Of a stretch of DNA of 64,000 bases, positions 53,157 through 64,000 are shown piece after piece; position 1 is the first letter of the stretch, and every line of letters begins with the position of its first letter. The position numbers and the translations under genes were made by a program. This DNA comes from Adineta vaga (Eukaryota; Animalia; Rotifera): the NCBI GenBank assembly GCA_021613535.1, contig CP075496.1, forward strand, positions 10,168,001-10,232,000. Reading direction: 5' to 3'. Under the pieces are notes generated by a model that saw only the letters and a program-made list of their open reading frames with translations, searched no databases and was not told where the DNA came from.

Positions 53157-54985
53157 ATGTCTACACATTTCGATCATCTACCAGTAGAAATCCTTCATAT
53201 GGTCTTTCAATACATGTCAAATAACGACGTAATCCGATCATTTTATAATTTAAGTTCATATTTAAATGCTGTTCTAAATCAATATTGTTTACATACATTA
53301 AATTTTCAATCTACATCAAAATCTTGTTTTGATTTCCTTTGTGATCATTTAGAATTATCAAGAATTCTATCATTAACTTTATCAGATGATATTCATACAC
53401 CTTATCAAGTGCAATTGTTTTTCAATCGATTTAAACTTCGAGATTTCATTAATCTTCAATCTCTTAGACTTTTATCAATTACTAATGAAGATATATATCT
53501 TATTCGATCTGATCTATCAGAATTGAGATATCTTACATCGTTATTTACGTCATCTCGATTATCTCAAACTTTATTACTCGGAAAAATATTGAATCAAATG
53601 AAAGTTTTGAATAATCTTTCGATATCCTATGGAGATATATTTGATCATAGTGTTACATTTCCATTACATAATTTGAAAATATTAGATGCTGGTATTTGCA
53701 ATTTCTTAGAATTACGTCGACTAAAACGTATTGTACCTTCATTAATTTCATTAAAAATTATTCTTCAAGCAAATCATCAGTTAAATTTAGTATCCGACAT
53801 AAATATTTGGACACAATTAGAACGATTAGATCTGACTTTAAAGGGTAAGTAATTTTAAAATTGATGCTAAAAAAGTTGTTCGTTTCTTTTTTGAAAAATA
53901 GATGAAGCACTAACAACGTTTGACGAAATCGAACAACTTCTTAGTCATTTTCATAATTTAACATCTTTAACTTTGAATATTCGTGGATCAGTGAATCAAT
54001 TAGCAAATGGAAAACGTTGGGAAACATGTTCAACAATTATTTCATTGAAAAACTTCAATTTTATCTTCGAATTCGAACATCCATTGCTTGATACATCTCC
54101 AGAACTTCATGACATTTTGCAAAGTTTTTCAACTTCTTTTTGGCTTGATTTAAAAAAATGGTTTGTCATTATTACTAACAATAGAGTTTATACGATAACC
54201 TGTTTTGATAATCAATTATTTCATTCATCAACACATCCACCTTTATCAACATCGCCCGATGATCAATGGTTTTATTCAAAAGTGAAACGAATCAATATCG
54301 ATAAGAATACATCATTCAATAATTTACATCGTTTTCATAAAGTTGAAAAACTTGATCTTATTGAAGAATCTATATTTTTTTTATCTATTCCAAATATCAA
54401 TCAATTTGTTTATCTTCATTATTTAATATTGCATCAATCAATTTCTAGTGCAATTATTAGTAGAATTTTAAGAACAAGTTCACATATTAATCATTTAACA
54501 CTGTCAGAATTTGATTACGATGAAAGATTTCGTTTTCAAACAATTCATAATTTACATCTACAAGAATCAATTCGAATTCTAAATCGAACACAAATTAAAC
54601 TTCTTTCACGAATATTTCCATCAATTAAGCATCTATCTATTTATATAAATTCTATTCAATTGATCTATTCAATCATCGATCATTTTCATCATCTTGAAAA
54701 TGTAATTTTTCGTTTTCAAAAATTCATCAAACCAATCTTACAAGAATTGCTTAAAGATCATACACATCTTGGTAATAATACATCTTCATTTACATGTCGA
54801 ACTGAAGAGAATATATTTTCAGTTTGGATTAGTAATTTAGTAAGTAGAAACACGATTATTATTGATTGATCTGTTTCTTTTTGGTCTATATGTAGAATTT
54901 ACCGGCAGTTCATGTAAAAATGAAATCTGTTGAGACATTGAATATGGTTCACGAAACCCGATCAAAAAAATGTTTAATACAATAA
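53157..54985 (+). CDS. F-box protein with LRR-like repeats and C-terminal CaaX, 3 exons
   Basis: N-terminal FDHLPVEILHMVFQY (F-box), LxxLxL repeats, SFSTSFWL..KKWFV. Last exon 54896-54985 ends RSKKCLIQ*. Confidence 0.8.
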
Positions 54986-55658
54986 AAATTAAAATAAATT
55001 TTATTACTAATAATGATATGGTACATTTGTTGTCGTAAAGATGCCGTTTTGACACGGTTTACATTTCGAAAGCGCATTGTAAACGGCTCCATTTTCATCG
55101 ATCTAGGTTACTTATGAGTTTCGCCATGAATTAGGAATTGAATATGGTAGAGACAATGTTTAAATTTTTTTAGAATGAGTCATTGAATAATTTTTTATTT
55201 CAAAATACATCATTTTAAATGAAAGGAATATTTTTGTTGAATAATAATTGTTTAACAAATTAATCATATGTTTTAACAGCATCAGTAATTCAGAAAAGAT
55301 AAGAAATTATTTAAATTGTGCGAAAGGATGATGATGATTTGTTTATCAATTAATCGAACTGGATCGTCTAATAAAAGAGAAGATTATCGAAAAAATTATC
55401 TGAGACATATTTTTTATCAAGATCGATACAGGAAAGATTTTCAGCCTACTGATTAGAGATAAGATAAAGTTCATCTTCTCAACATGTGGATAGACATCAC
55501 TATTATTATGAAAGAAATATTATTCTCAAAAAAGATCTTCATAATAACAATTGTCGTTTAGATCCGAATTATACTAGTGGGGAAATGAATGACAATTTCG
55601 AAATCAAATTATTTCAACGCATATGTAAATATGACTCTTCTTCGTTTTTGTTTGTTCG

Positions 55659-56672
55659 TCAAAAACCGAAAATAATGTAGTCGATTTTCGTTCTCTTCTC
55701 TCCCCTTCTTTTGATCACGTTGTTAATCGAACCATCCCTTGTTCGATCTTGATATGTTCTTCCAAATACGCACGATGTTGCACCTGCTAATCCATCAGCT
55801 AATGTACCTATTTCTTCTTTTAGATATTCACCATCTTTGATGGGTGTTAGACGCATCAAAGAATTATGTACATGTGTAGTTGCATAAATTGTTCCCATAC
55901 AATCAATAGTAAAATCATCACAAACAATATTTCGTACAATTGTTTCTAATTGTCCACGAGGACGATAATCAAATGGATCAACAGCAAGACGAAATATTAA
56001 GGCACGATCTGTATTTGTTAGATAGAGATAACCATCAACGGAACATCGACGTATACCGTTTATACCAGGCATCAGTATATCATGTGAACGATTTTTTAAT
56101 AAATCATTTTTATACCATAATTCTACTTTTTTTGTATGAGTATTGATTTTAAAGATATGTCCAAGCATTGAATCAACAGAAAGAAGTGTACCATGTTCAT
56201 ACGATAATACACAAAGACCATTTAAACATTGAGCAGAATCAACATTAACAATTTCTTTAAATGATGTAGTTGGTGTTAGTCCACGATGAATGGTAAGACT
56301 ATAAATACTCCAGCTATTATGTTGACCAATGGTACCAACATTCACATAGAAATGATTAAAACTAAGTTCAGTAATACCTGTTGGACCTGCTGGAAGTGTT
56401 GCTATTAAAGTTCGATTTGCTTTCGAAAGATTTGGATTGACTTCATAGATTTCATTGGATGAATGAACTGTAACTAAGAGATGACCATCATGTTTTGCAG
56501 CAAGATTTTCTACAAATGATCCTTGAGGCCATTCCGCAATTAATGTCATACCAGGTAAACGATGAAGAACACCACGTTCATGTTCGCCACTAGTTTCAGA
56601 AAGTTCAACAGTATCACCTGTTGAATGTAAAGCAGTTCCAAGAGTAGAAAGTGTAATACCCGACGATAGCAT
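55659..56672 (-). CDS. SMP-30/gluconolactonase-like six-bladed beta-propeller lacking its last strands (5' half of a permuted fusion gene; homologous part 56672-55740)
   Basis: ENLA, LNGL, GINGIR, DDFTID and GATSCVFGRT motifs of fungal/bacterial-type propellers. Homology stops after QDRT and the ORF reads on into the inverted repeat. Confidence 0.75.
   Translation of the reverse strand: MLSSGITLSTLGTALHSTGDTVELSETSGEHERGVLHRLPGMTLIAEWPQGSFVENLAAKHDGHLLVTVHSSNEIYEVNPNLSKANRTLIATLPAGPTGITELSFNHFYVNVGTIGQHNSWSIYSLTIHRGLTPTTSFKEIVNVDSAQCLNGLCVLSYEHGTLLSVDSMLGHIFKINTHTKKVELWYKNDLLKNRSHDILMPGINGIRRCSVDGYLYLTNTDRALIFRLAVDPFDYRPRGQLETIVRNIVCDDFTIDCMGTIYATTHVHNSLMRLTPIKDGEYLKEEIGTLADGLAGATSCVFGRTYQDRTRDGSINNVIKRRGEKRTKIDYIIFGF
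55702..55739. repeat. Left arm of a 38-bp imperfect inverted repeat bracketing the permuted gene
   Basis: CCCCTTCTTTTGATCACGTTGTTAATCGAACCATCCCT is complementary to 58280-58317. Confidence 0.8.
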
Positions 56673-56935
56673 TTTATTTCTCAAATCGATATAAACGAAA
56701 ACATGTCATATTTATTGTTGAATTGTATATGAAGAACGTCATAATGATACACTTGAATAAATCTACCTTGAATACTTTGTGAAATACACTTTTTTTGTAT
56801 AAAAAAAAACAAAGACGTCGATGAGTACTTATGAAAAAAGAACAAAAACAAAGCTTTATTTAACTCAAATATAAAGAGAGAGAAAAAAGAACAATGCTAG
56901 ATTAAAAACAAAGTAAATGATATATTTTTCAACTT

Positions 56936-58277
56936 TTAATGGTGTTCATGACGTGAAAGGTGTTGATGTGTTTTAAATAATTCTTGTTTAACATGATAAT
57001 TTAATAGATATTGATTATTTGCACTTGGTAATAACGATTTGAAAGGTTTTATATGCGTGACATCAAATACTTGTTTCGATGCAGTATACGGTTCATGTTC
57101 AATAAAATGTTGAGCTTGACGAAGATCATTTGTTGCTAATAGAATAATCATTGTTGATGAATCTTGTTGAGTTAAATTCGATGAATCAGTAAATAATGTC
57201 GATCCACTGAAGACAATGAGATGTTGATGTCGTTGAATGTATTCTAGATGAGCTAATTTTAAACGAGATAACAATTGTGGATTGTTATTCGTTAATGCGA
57301 CATGACATGTTATAAGAGTTTTGGGTAAAGATGATGTTAAATTGACTTGTTGATAGTTTTGAGAAGCACATTGATCAATTAACTCACTAAAACGATGAGC
57401 TAATTGTTTCGCACTCGCTGGATTTTGTCCTGTCAATAGAACTCCATCTTGTATGACATGTTCTTTGCCAGGACTTGCTTTAATATAGATTGCTCCATGA
57501 TCTTTAAGTTTAGTTTCAAGAATAAATGGATTTTTTTCGACAAGATTTTCATCTTCACCAATTGATAATAATTCTTCTTCTAATGAAAATCCTGTTATAA
57601 CTCTTCCATGAATAAATGAATGTGTATCATTTGCTCGACGAACATTGACTAGAGCAACAACACCATGACAAATAGCAGCTATAGGTTTCATTTGTGTATC
57701 AAAATCAATTAATAATTGTTTCAAATGAGGATGATCAACAAGATCAAACATTGGAGCATATCCCCCAGGTAAATAAATAGCATCATAATCCTGAGCATGT
57801 TGATCATCTAAAATTTGATGTGTTGGTTGAGAAAGAAGACGTATCGCTGATGACCATTCTTCACGTTGAATATCCGTTCGTGGATGTGATGTAGAATCGA
57901 TTGGAATCTAAATAAATAACAACAGTCAATGTTCTTCAAGACAATAAAACTTGAAAGAAAATACTTACTGATCCACCTTTTGGCGATACGATAACAAATT
58001 CAATACCTTCTTTTCCTTGAAATTTTTTTCGTAAAATATTATATGGTTCAGCAAATTCACTTAAATATAAACCTCTTGAATGACTTGAACAAACCATAAG
58101 TATTCGTTTAGGTGGTTCGTATAGACCTGTTGTAAAACCAACATCAAGTCTTAGCAATTTACCAGTAGATGGTGTCATCGAATTATGTCGTCTACTCGCC
58201 GTTAGCAATCCCGTCAATACTTGTGGTTGATCATGTTGAGTATGAACAATACCGCCGGTCGTTGTTATATATATAGA
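56936..58277 (-). CDS. Propeller C-terminal strands + DJ-1/PfpI (Hsp31-like) + YciI fusion (3' half of permuted gene), exons 58277-57969 and 57907-56936
   Basis: Open frame begins right after a TAA with SIYITTTGG..GKLLRLDVG. Then ILMVCSS..SEFAEPY..SPKGG..YDAIYLPGGY.PMFD..AAICHG..TGQNPASA (DJ-1/PfpI), and AHLEYI..G..EPY...VF..IKPF (YciI). First in-frame ATG at 58178; 61-nt GT-AG intron. Confidence 0.8.
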
Positions 58278-58279
58278 TT

Positions 58280-58317
58280 AGGTAGGTTCGCATATGAACG
58301 AGATCAGTTGAGAGGGG
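58280..58317. repeat. Right arm of the 38-bp imperfect inverted repeat
   Basis: AGGTAGGTTCGCATATGAACGAGATCAGTTGAGAGGGG versus the reverse complement of the left arm, AGGGATGGTTCGATTAACAACGTGATCAAAAGAAGGGG. Confidence 0.8.
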
Positions 58318-58504
58318 TTTGCAAATACCTTAACTGACGACATTATTGGCAAATGAAATATGCAATATATTGATATATTTAAGCTCTATGCACAAAAGTA
58401 CAAAAAAAAATCTTGTAGAGAAATTGAATATAAACAACAACAACAAAAACAGAGATTATTATGCAGAAAGACACGAAAAGAGAAAAACAGAAAATTTTTC
58501 ATGA

Positions 58505-60634
58505 TTATTTTTGCGGAGATGAAGGTACAAGTAAAAAATTCATATCATCAAAAGCTGATGTATAACTATTCATTGTTGCTAAAGATGGTGATGGAAGAAT
58601 TGTATTTGAATTTGGGATAATATTCTTGTCATTTTTATATTCAACCATATCTTCATGTTCAATCATATCTTTAATTAAATTTTTCAATTCAAATAAGATA
58701 CTTATTAGACAACCACTTTGTAGACGATCATAAACTTTATCCACAGTATCACTGATTGAAGATGATGTTGTCGATATATCATTCGAATATGTATGAGTAT
58801 GAATATAAATTAATTCCAAACAAAGAGAACGTAATTGTTTATAGACAAGAACAATTTCACGTTTGAACTAAAAAGATAAATCAAATCAACTTTGATATTC
58901 GTATTCATTTTACTGATTGGAAACATCCTTGATGTTACATACTACATGACCTTTTCTCTGTGCATTAAGCAGGAAATTCAAGTTAAAGAATTACTAGAGA
59001 TAATTTCCTTTCTTACCTCTTCTGTTTGAAGAAGTTCGTCTAGCAGACATTTTTCATTAATGCATGAATTAGGTTGTGTTTGTGATATTTCCACACCATC
59101 ATTATCTTCGTCTTCCATATGACAATCTTCAATGACATTATCATCTTCATCGATAATTGTCGAATTGAACCGAGTAGTTCTATGTGAATAGAGACCAAAA
59201 TCATCTTGTAATTCTTGCATGAAAGATGTTGGTACACGATTTTCTGAACTATATTGTGATAAACGATGAATTAATTCGTGGGCATCATTTAATTCTTTTT
59301 CATTTTGAAATTTCTAAGAGAAAAAATCTGAATGAAAAGTACGAGATGTTTGTCGAATAGTTACTGTTGCTTGCAAAGATCGATATTCATCTTCGAAGGA
59401 AATATATTTTCGTTGACATTCATCAAGTTTATGTGCTAATGTATCACGTTCGTCGATTACTAAATGATAGTCTAATTCAAGTTGAAGATGTTGACAATGA
59501 AGATTATTGAACTAGAATTAAAAACAAGTTTTTATTTTTCTATTGATATTAAAGATTGTTTCGATATTTAACTTGAAAGTCGATATGAGATTTGCCTTCT
59601 TGCATGTTCTAATCCTTTTTGAAAAGAAGAAAAAAGAGGGTCTACTCATCGAATTAAAAAGCGTTTCTTATTGTAATCGATCTATTGAAGATAATTTCAT
59701 TGTATGTAGTTCAATAAGAAAACAAAAATAACTCAAATCGAACTCAATTTATAGGCGACAAAACAGGATGTACTTCAAGCTATATGTTACTTTATAGAAA
59801 GTTAATTCAGTGCAAATCTTAATAGAAAAAACGCGTATTTTTATGCCCTTCGAGAAGTAAATTAGTTACCTGTTGTTTTACTATAGACAATTCGTGTGTT
59901 TGCTGTGTGTTTGTTTGACATACGGTATCAGATTGTTGCCGTAATATTCTCAATTGTTCTTGTAATCTTGATTCGCTTGTACGACTCTATTTGTGATAAG
60001 AGAATTTCGTTTGACTTGAAATTTATCAATTAGAAGAAAAATTTGTCTATATACGTACAATTTGTAATTCTTGAGTAAGTTTATAATTGATATCAGTTAT
60101 TTCTTGAATCGTTTGAATTTGTTGTTCATCATGAATTCGTTGTTCACGACGGAAATCTTCTATTTGACGTTTTAGTTCATATTTATCTTCGTTTAAATCA
60201 ATTGTTTTCGTTTCACATTCACTTTGAACTTGTTCAACAAGTAAACGTAATTCATATCGTTCTTGTTCAAGTGCCTAGAGAAAGAAAGACAAAAAGAAGT
60301 GCTACATTTTTTTCTTCTTCTAAATCTAAATTCAGTACATCAATTCTTTGTTGATAATCTCCATTGATTATTTCAATTTGTCGTTCAAGTTCTTCTTTTT
60401 GTTCCAATAAAACTTTACCACATTTTGCTGCTAATATCAATTGACGATCTTTAATTGCTAATTGATTTATTAACGAATTATCCTAAATAACATAGTAAAA
60501 TATCTTATGACAAATGTTTATACAAATAAACTTACTTGATCATCTTGATTACAACAATTATCATTATTTGTCATATCATCAAGGTATTTAATGGATGTAA
60601 AATTTTCGATTTCATTTAATAAATTTTCTTCCAT
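58505..60634 (-). CDS. Bicaudal-D-related coiled-coil dynein adaptor (BICDR-like), multi-exon
   Basis: CC1-box LILAAKCGKVLLEQKEEL followed by LEQERYELR and long heptad repeats across several short-intron exons; ATG at 60634. Confidence 0.7.
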
Positions 60635-62698
60635 AGATAGATATTTCTATCTGAAGTAGACCAAGACCTATTGACGTCTGTTCTTACTCTCACACTTTTA
60701 TTTTGTAGTTGTATTACTAACACACTGAATATTACTATCAACAAAAGTAGACAGTAGAGAAGAAAAAGAAAAGAGGAAAAAAATGAACGGCACACATGCG
60801 CAGTAGTTTGCTTTCTTTTTTTTTCTTTCTTTCTTTCTTCTTTTCTCTATTTCATTCCATCATCACCTTCGTTATGCTATACATACATATGTATTGGTTT
60901 GTTCGAAGGAGAGAATAAGAGAGAAGCGTCGCTAAATTAATTACCTACGAAACAGAAATGGCAGCAGACTACAAGAGAGGAGAGAGAGAGGAAAAGAAAG
61001 AGAAAAACTTTTTTTTTTCTTCTTCTACTTTGTATAGGTAAAATAGCACAATGGGTGGTAGTTCGGTATAAACTTCTTTACGTGAGTGGAATAATTATTG
61101 CCAGAAGGAAAAAAAGAAACCTGAAGAAAAGCTCATCAAAAGCTAGTCAGACGAGACGTTTTGGATTTGTGTCCAATAGCATCAAACAATAGAAACAATC
61201 ACATCTAACCTTGGCAACGATTGACATACGGAAATGAAAAGAGAAAAATTCTATTGTGACTAACTCAGTTGCCGTTATCAAAGTTATGATGCAATCGAAC
61301 AATAAGATCGTTGCTTAACTATTACCTACTGCTGTGATCAAACGACAAAGGTCGAAAAAAAACGATTGTGTAATTGAAAGACACTGATTTTGTTTTGTCA
61401 AAAATTGAATCATATGAGAATTTTCTTCTTTTTAATCATATGAAATCAAAATGACCTTGTCTAGAAAAGTAATTTCGAGTCTATCATACATGAAACGTTT
61501 ATAAAACGATTATATAGGTCTTAGAAATAGAAATTCCAATAAGAATATCAAAATGATTTATTGATGATAAAGAAAAGAAATGGCGCAATTTATTCATTCG
61601 AATGTTGAATATTTTCTTGTTTCATCTTGTTGATTACATGACAACGAAGATGATATATCAATCATCAAATCTCATTAATACTATTCTTATCATGTTAGGA
61701 TAATGACATGCAAGGTAATACTAAGAAAAAAGATGTTAATATTGAATAAGTAAATATTAAAAATCGATTCTAGTCAATTGACAAAAAGAAAATCAAATTG
61801 ATTCTTTTTCGATAAGTCAATTTTGATATTTCGACAATCATCATTGTTGTTATGTCAATTGTATACTTGAATATTTTTTAACTTAGAAAACATCGTCATT
61901 ATTCTCTCGTCGAGACACATTAATATTAACGATATGTATGCAAATAGTGATGTTATTTTTTCCAGTTTAATAGGAACTTATTTTTTTAACGGAACGATGT
62001 CAATAAATGTTCTTTGAGAAATTCAATTATTTTAAACCGAGATAATTAAATTTGTATGAAATAAAATGAAGAATAAAAAAAAACGTTCTTTTTTGCTTTT
62101 GAAAATAATAAAAATTCGTTTATTCAATTCTTATCTAGAAAATAATAAATGCTTCATTGAATTCATCAGAAAAACTTTGATATTAATATTTCAAAAGTTC
62201 AAGTACATTCATTTCTAACTTTGAACTAATTATAGATTGATAAACCTTTTTCTAGCTAGAATACAATAACTATGTATTTTTTGGTCACTACCTTTTCGTT
62301 CGTTCGAAAACTAATAATATACGATTGGATTGTTCACATAACTTTCATTGGTATTTTCATGCACCTATCAAATACTTTCTGCTCCATTGAACAGACAGTA
62401 ACATGTAACAATCAATCGACCGTACGAAAACTTTCGTTTTCCGTTCGACAAATAGGTATACATTTGGATGTTCGTATCATGAAAGTGAATATTCGTACTT
62501 GAACTTGATCGTACTCTTTTTAAATTCAAATTAATTTATATTCAAAAAAAGAAACCAAATAATTTATTCAGTTCAATATATTTAAATATGTTCTTTCATC
62601 AGCACCTACTTCTATACACAATGATTAACATTCTTTTTTTCTTCTATTCCATTAAATTTCTTAAGATTTCTTTTTATAGTTCATGAAAATTTGAAAAA

Positions 62699-64000
62699 AT
62701 GGAAACTAAAAATAAAACAATTGCAGAACAATACAAGGTGGAGACAATGAATCTATTGTTTATCATTTATTCTTTCGTAATTTTCTTGTAGGAAACAATT
62801 TTAACATTAAATTCTTTACAAAAAAATCACTCAGCAATTATAACAGATAGTCAATGGGAAAAGCCGATGATGGATATACGTCGTTATTTATCATGTCTTA
62901 ATATTCAGGTATATGCACTAATTCTGTGATCAGTTCTAATTGACAATTCTAGTTAGATTATATCGATCGATTGAATGTAATTCATGTTGCTGGTACAAAA
63001 GGTAAAGGATCAACGTGTGCATTTACAGAATCAATATTACGACAATATGGATATAAAACTGGTTTTTACAGGTAGGAAATGAATTCCTAATTGTTATTTT
63101 TATTGAAAATCAATCTTTAGTTCACCACATCTAGTAGAAGTTCGAGAACGTATTCGAATTAACGGTCTATTGTTATCGAAAGAAAAATTCATTCATTATT
63201 TTTGGCAATGTTACAATTCTATTGATGAAGCTGTACAACAACGATCAAATGATGAAGTAAAACAATATTAAATAGTCCTAGAACGAAGATATCATTTTTA
63301 TTTTTCTATTTCAGGATCCACTTTGTATGCCATTTTATTTTTCTTTTCTAACAACAATGATGTTTTATGTTTTTGTTCATGAACAAGTTTGAAAAAGAAT
63401 CTTTTTTTTGTATTTCTTTATTCTTATTCGAATATGTTCATAGATTGATGTTGCTATCATCGAAGTTGGTTTCGGTGGTGAATATGATTGTACAAATATT
63501 ATCAAGTTCGTATTTTCTTATCTTTTAATTCAAAGAATCCTTTAATTATTATATAGAAATCCAATTGTATGTGGAATAACATCTTTAGGTTTAGATCATG
63601 TCAAATTATTAGGTAATACAATCGATAAAATAGCTTGGCATAAAGCAGGAATATTCAAAAAACATATCCCAGCTGTAACAGTTCTTCAAATGCCAAAGGC
63701 AATGCATGTTCTATATGAACGAGCAGAAGAAAAACAAGTATGAAAAAGAAATGATTGAAATTTGAATAAAAGAAATTTATTTCAGTGTACATTAACAGTT
63801 GCACCCACATTAAATCAATATTCGAATTATCCATTTCGACTTGCACTCGATGGAGATATACAAGAAGTAAATGCATCATTAGCTGTACAATTAGTATTCC
63901 GTTGGTTAGATAATCGAAAAGGTTAATCAACATTATGTCTATATCTTCATTTTTGACCTCATTCTATTTATATTTAATTCAGTATACTCTTATGATGAAT
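62699..64000 (+). CDS. FPGS: Folylpolyglutamate synthase, 5' part (runs off the window)
   Basis: [85 protein letters not shown]. Confidence 0.95.

Noticed and set aside
55030-55095. GC-richer patch with GTTTACA/TGTAAAC hairpin
   Set aside because: Only a 7-bp stem; no family or second copy identifiable.
55740-58277. Spliceosomal back-splicing, or a simple tandem-duplication remnant, as explanation of the permutation
   Set aside because: No GT/AG at the seamless junction. Random truncation of two tandem copies would not give exactly complementary breakpoints flanked by inverted repeats.
58270-58300. Group II intron-like 3' end (CCTACCTAAT) or twister-like CCTAA at the junction
   Set aside because: No domain V, no GUGYG 5' end and no twister core nearby.
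58334-58362. Hammerhead-like CTGACGA..GAAA near the right breakpoint
   Set aside because: Stem II closing pair is mismatched, the cleavage triplet would end in G, and stem I does not form properly.
62272-62502. ORF and TTCG-rich patch upstream of FPGS
   Set aside because: No clear termini, periodicity or protein similarity.

Overview
Eukaryotic, AT-rich genomic DNA with short (about 50-70 nt) GT-AG introns. The gene families (expanded rhodopsin-like GPCRs, an ART+TPR protein, an F-box protein, several bacterial/fungal-like genes) point to a bdelloid rotifer; this is an inference. Contents in order: DUF4246-like dioxygenase; two identical tRNA-Arg(ACG); a type I membrane protein; Emx; BCCIP with an antisense intronic tRNA-Ala(TGC); an interleaved array of VC0807-like membrane genes (3 intact, 1 remnant) and mucin-MAM-TM receptor genes (3); five GPCRs; two tandem Brachyury-like T-box genes; a degenerate ART-TPR gene; RPL4 hosting an H/ACA snoRNA; a TTAA-flanked MITE; an F-box gene ending in a CaaX box; BICDR; and the 5' part of FPGS. 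The most striking observation is at 55.7-58.3 kb. A beta-propeller/DJ-1(PfpI)/YciI fusion gene is circularly permuted: its 3' half lies upstream of its 5' half. The two outer ends join in frame (..FGRTYQDRT|SIYITTTGG..), and the unit is bracketed at the breakpoints by 38-bp imperfect inverted repeats. Family assignments are from motif recognition only; no database searches were run.
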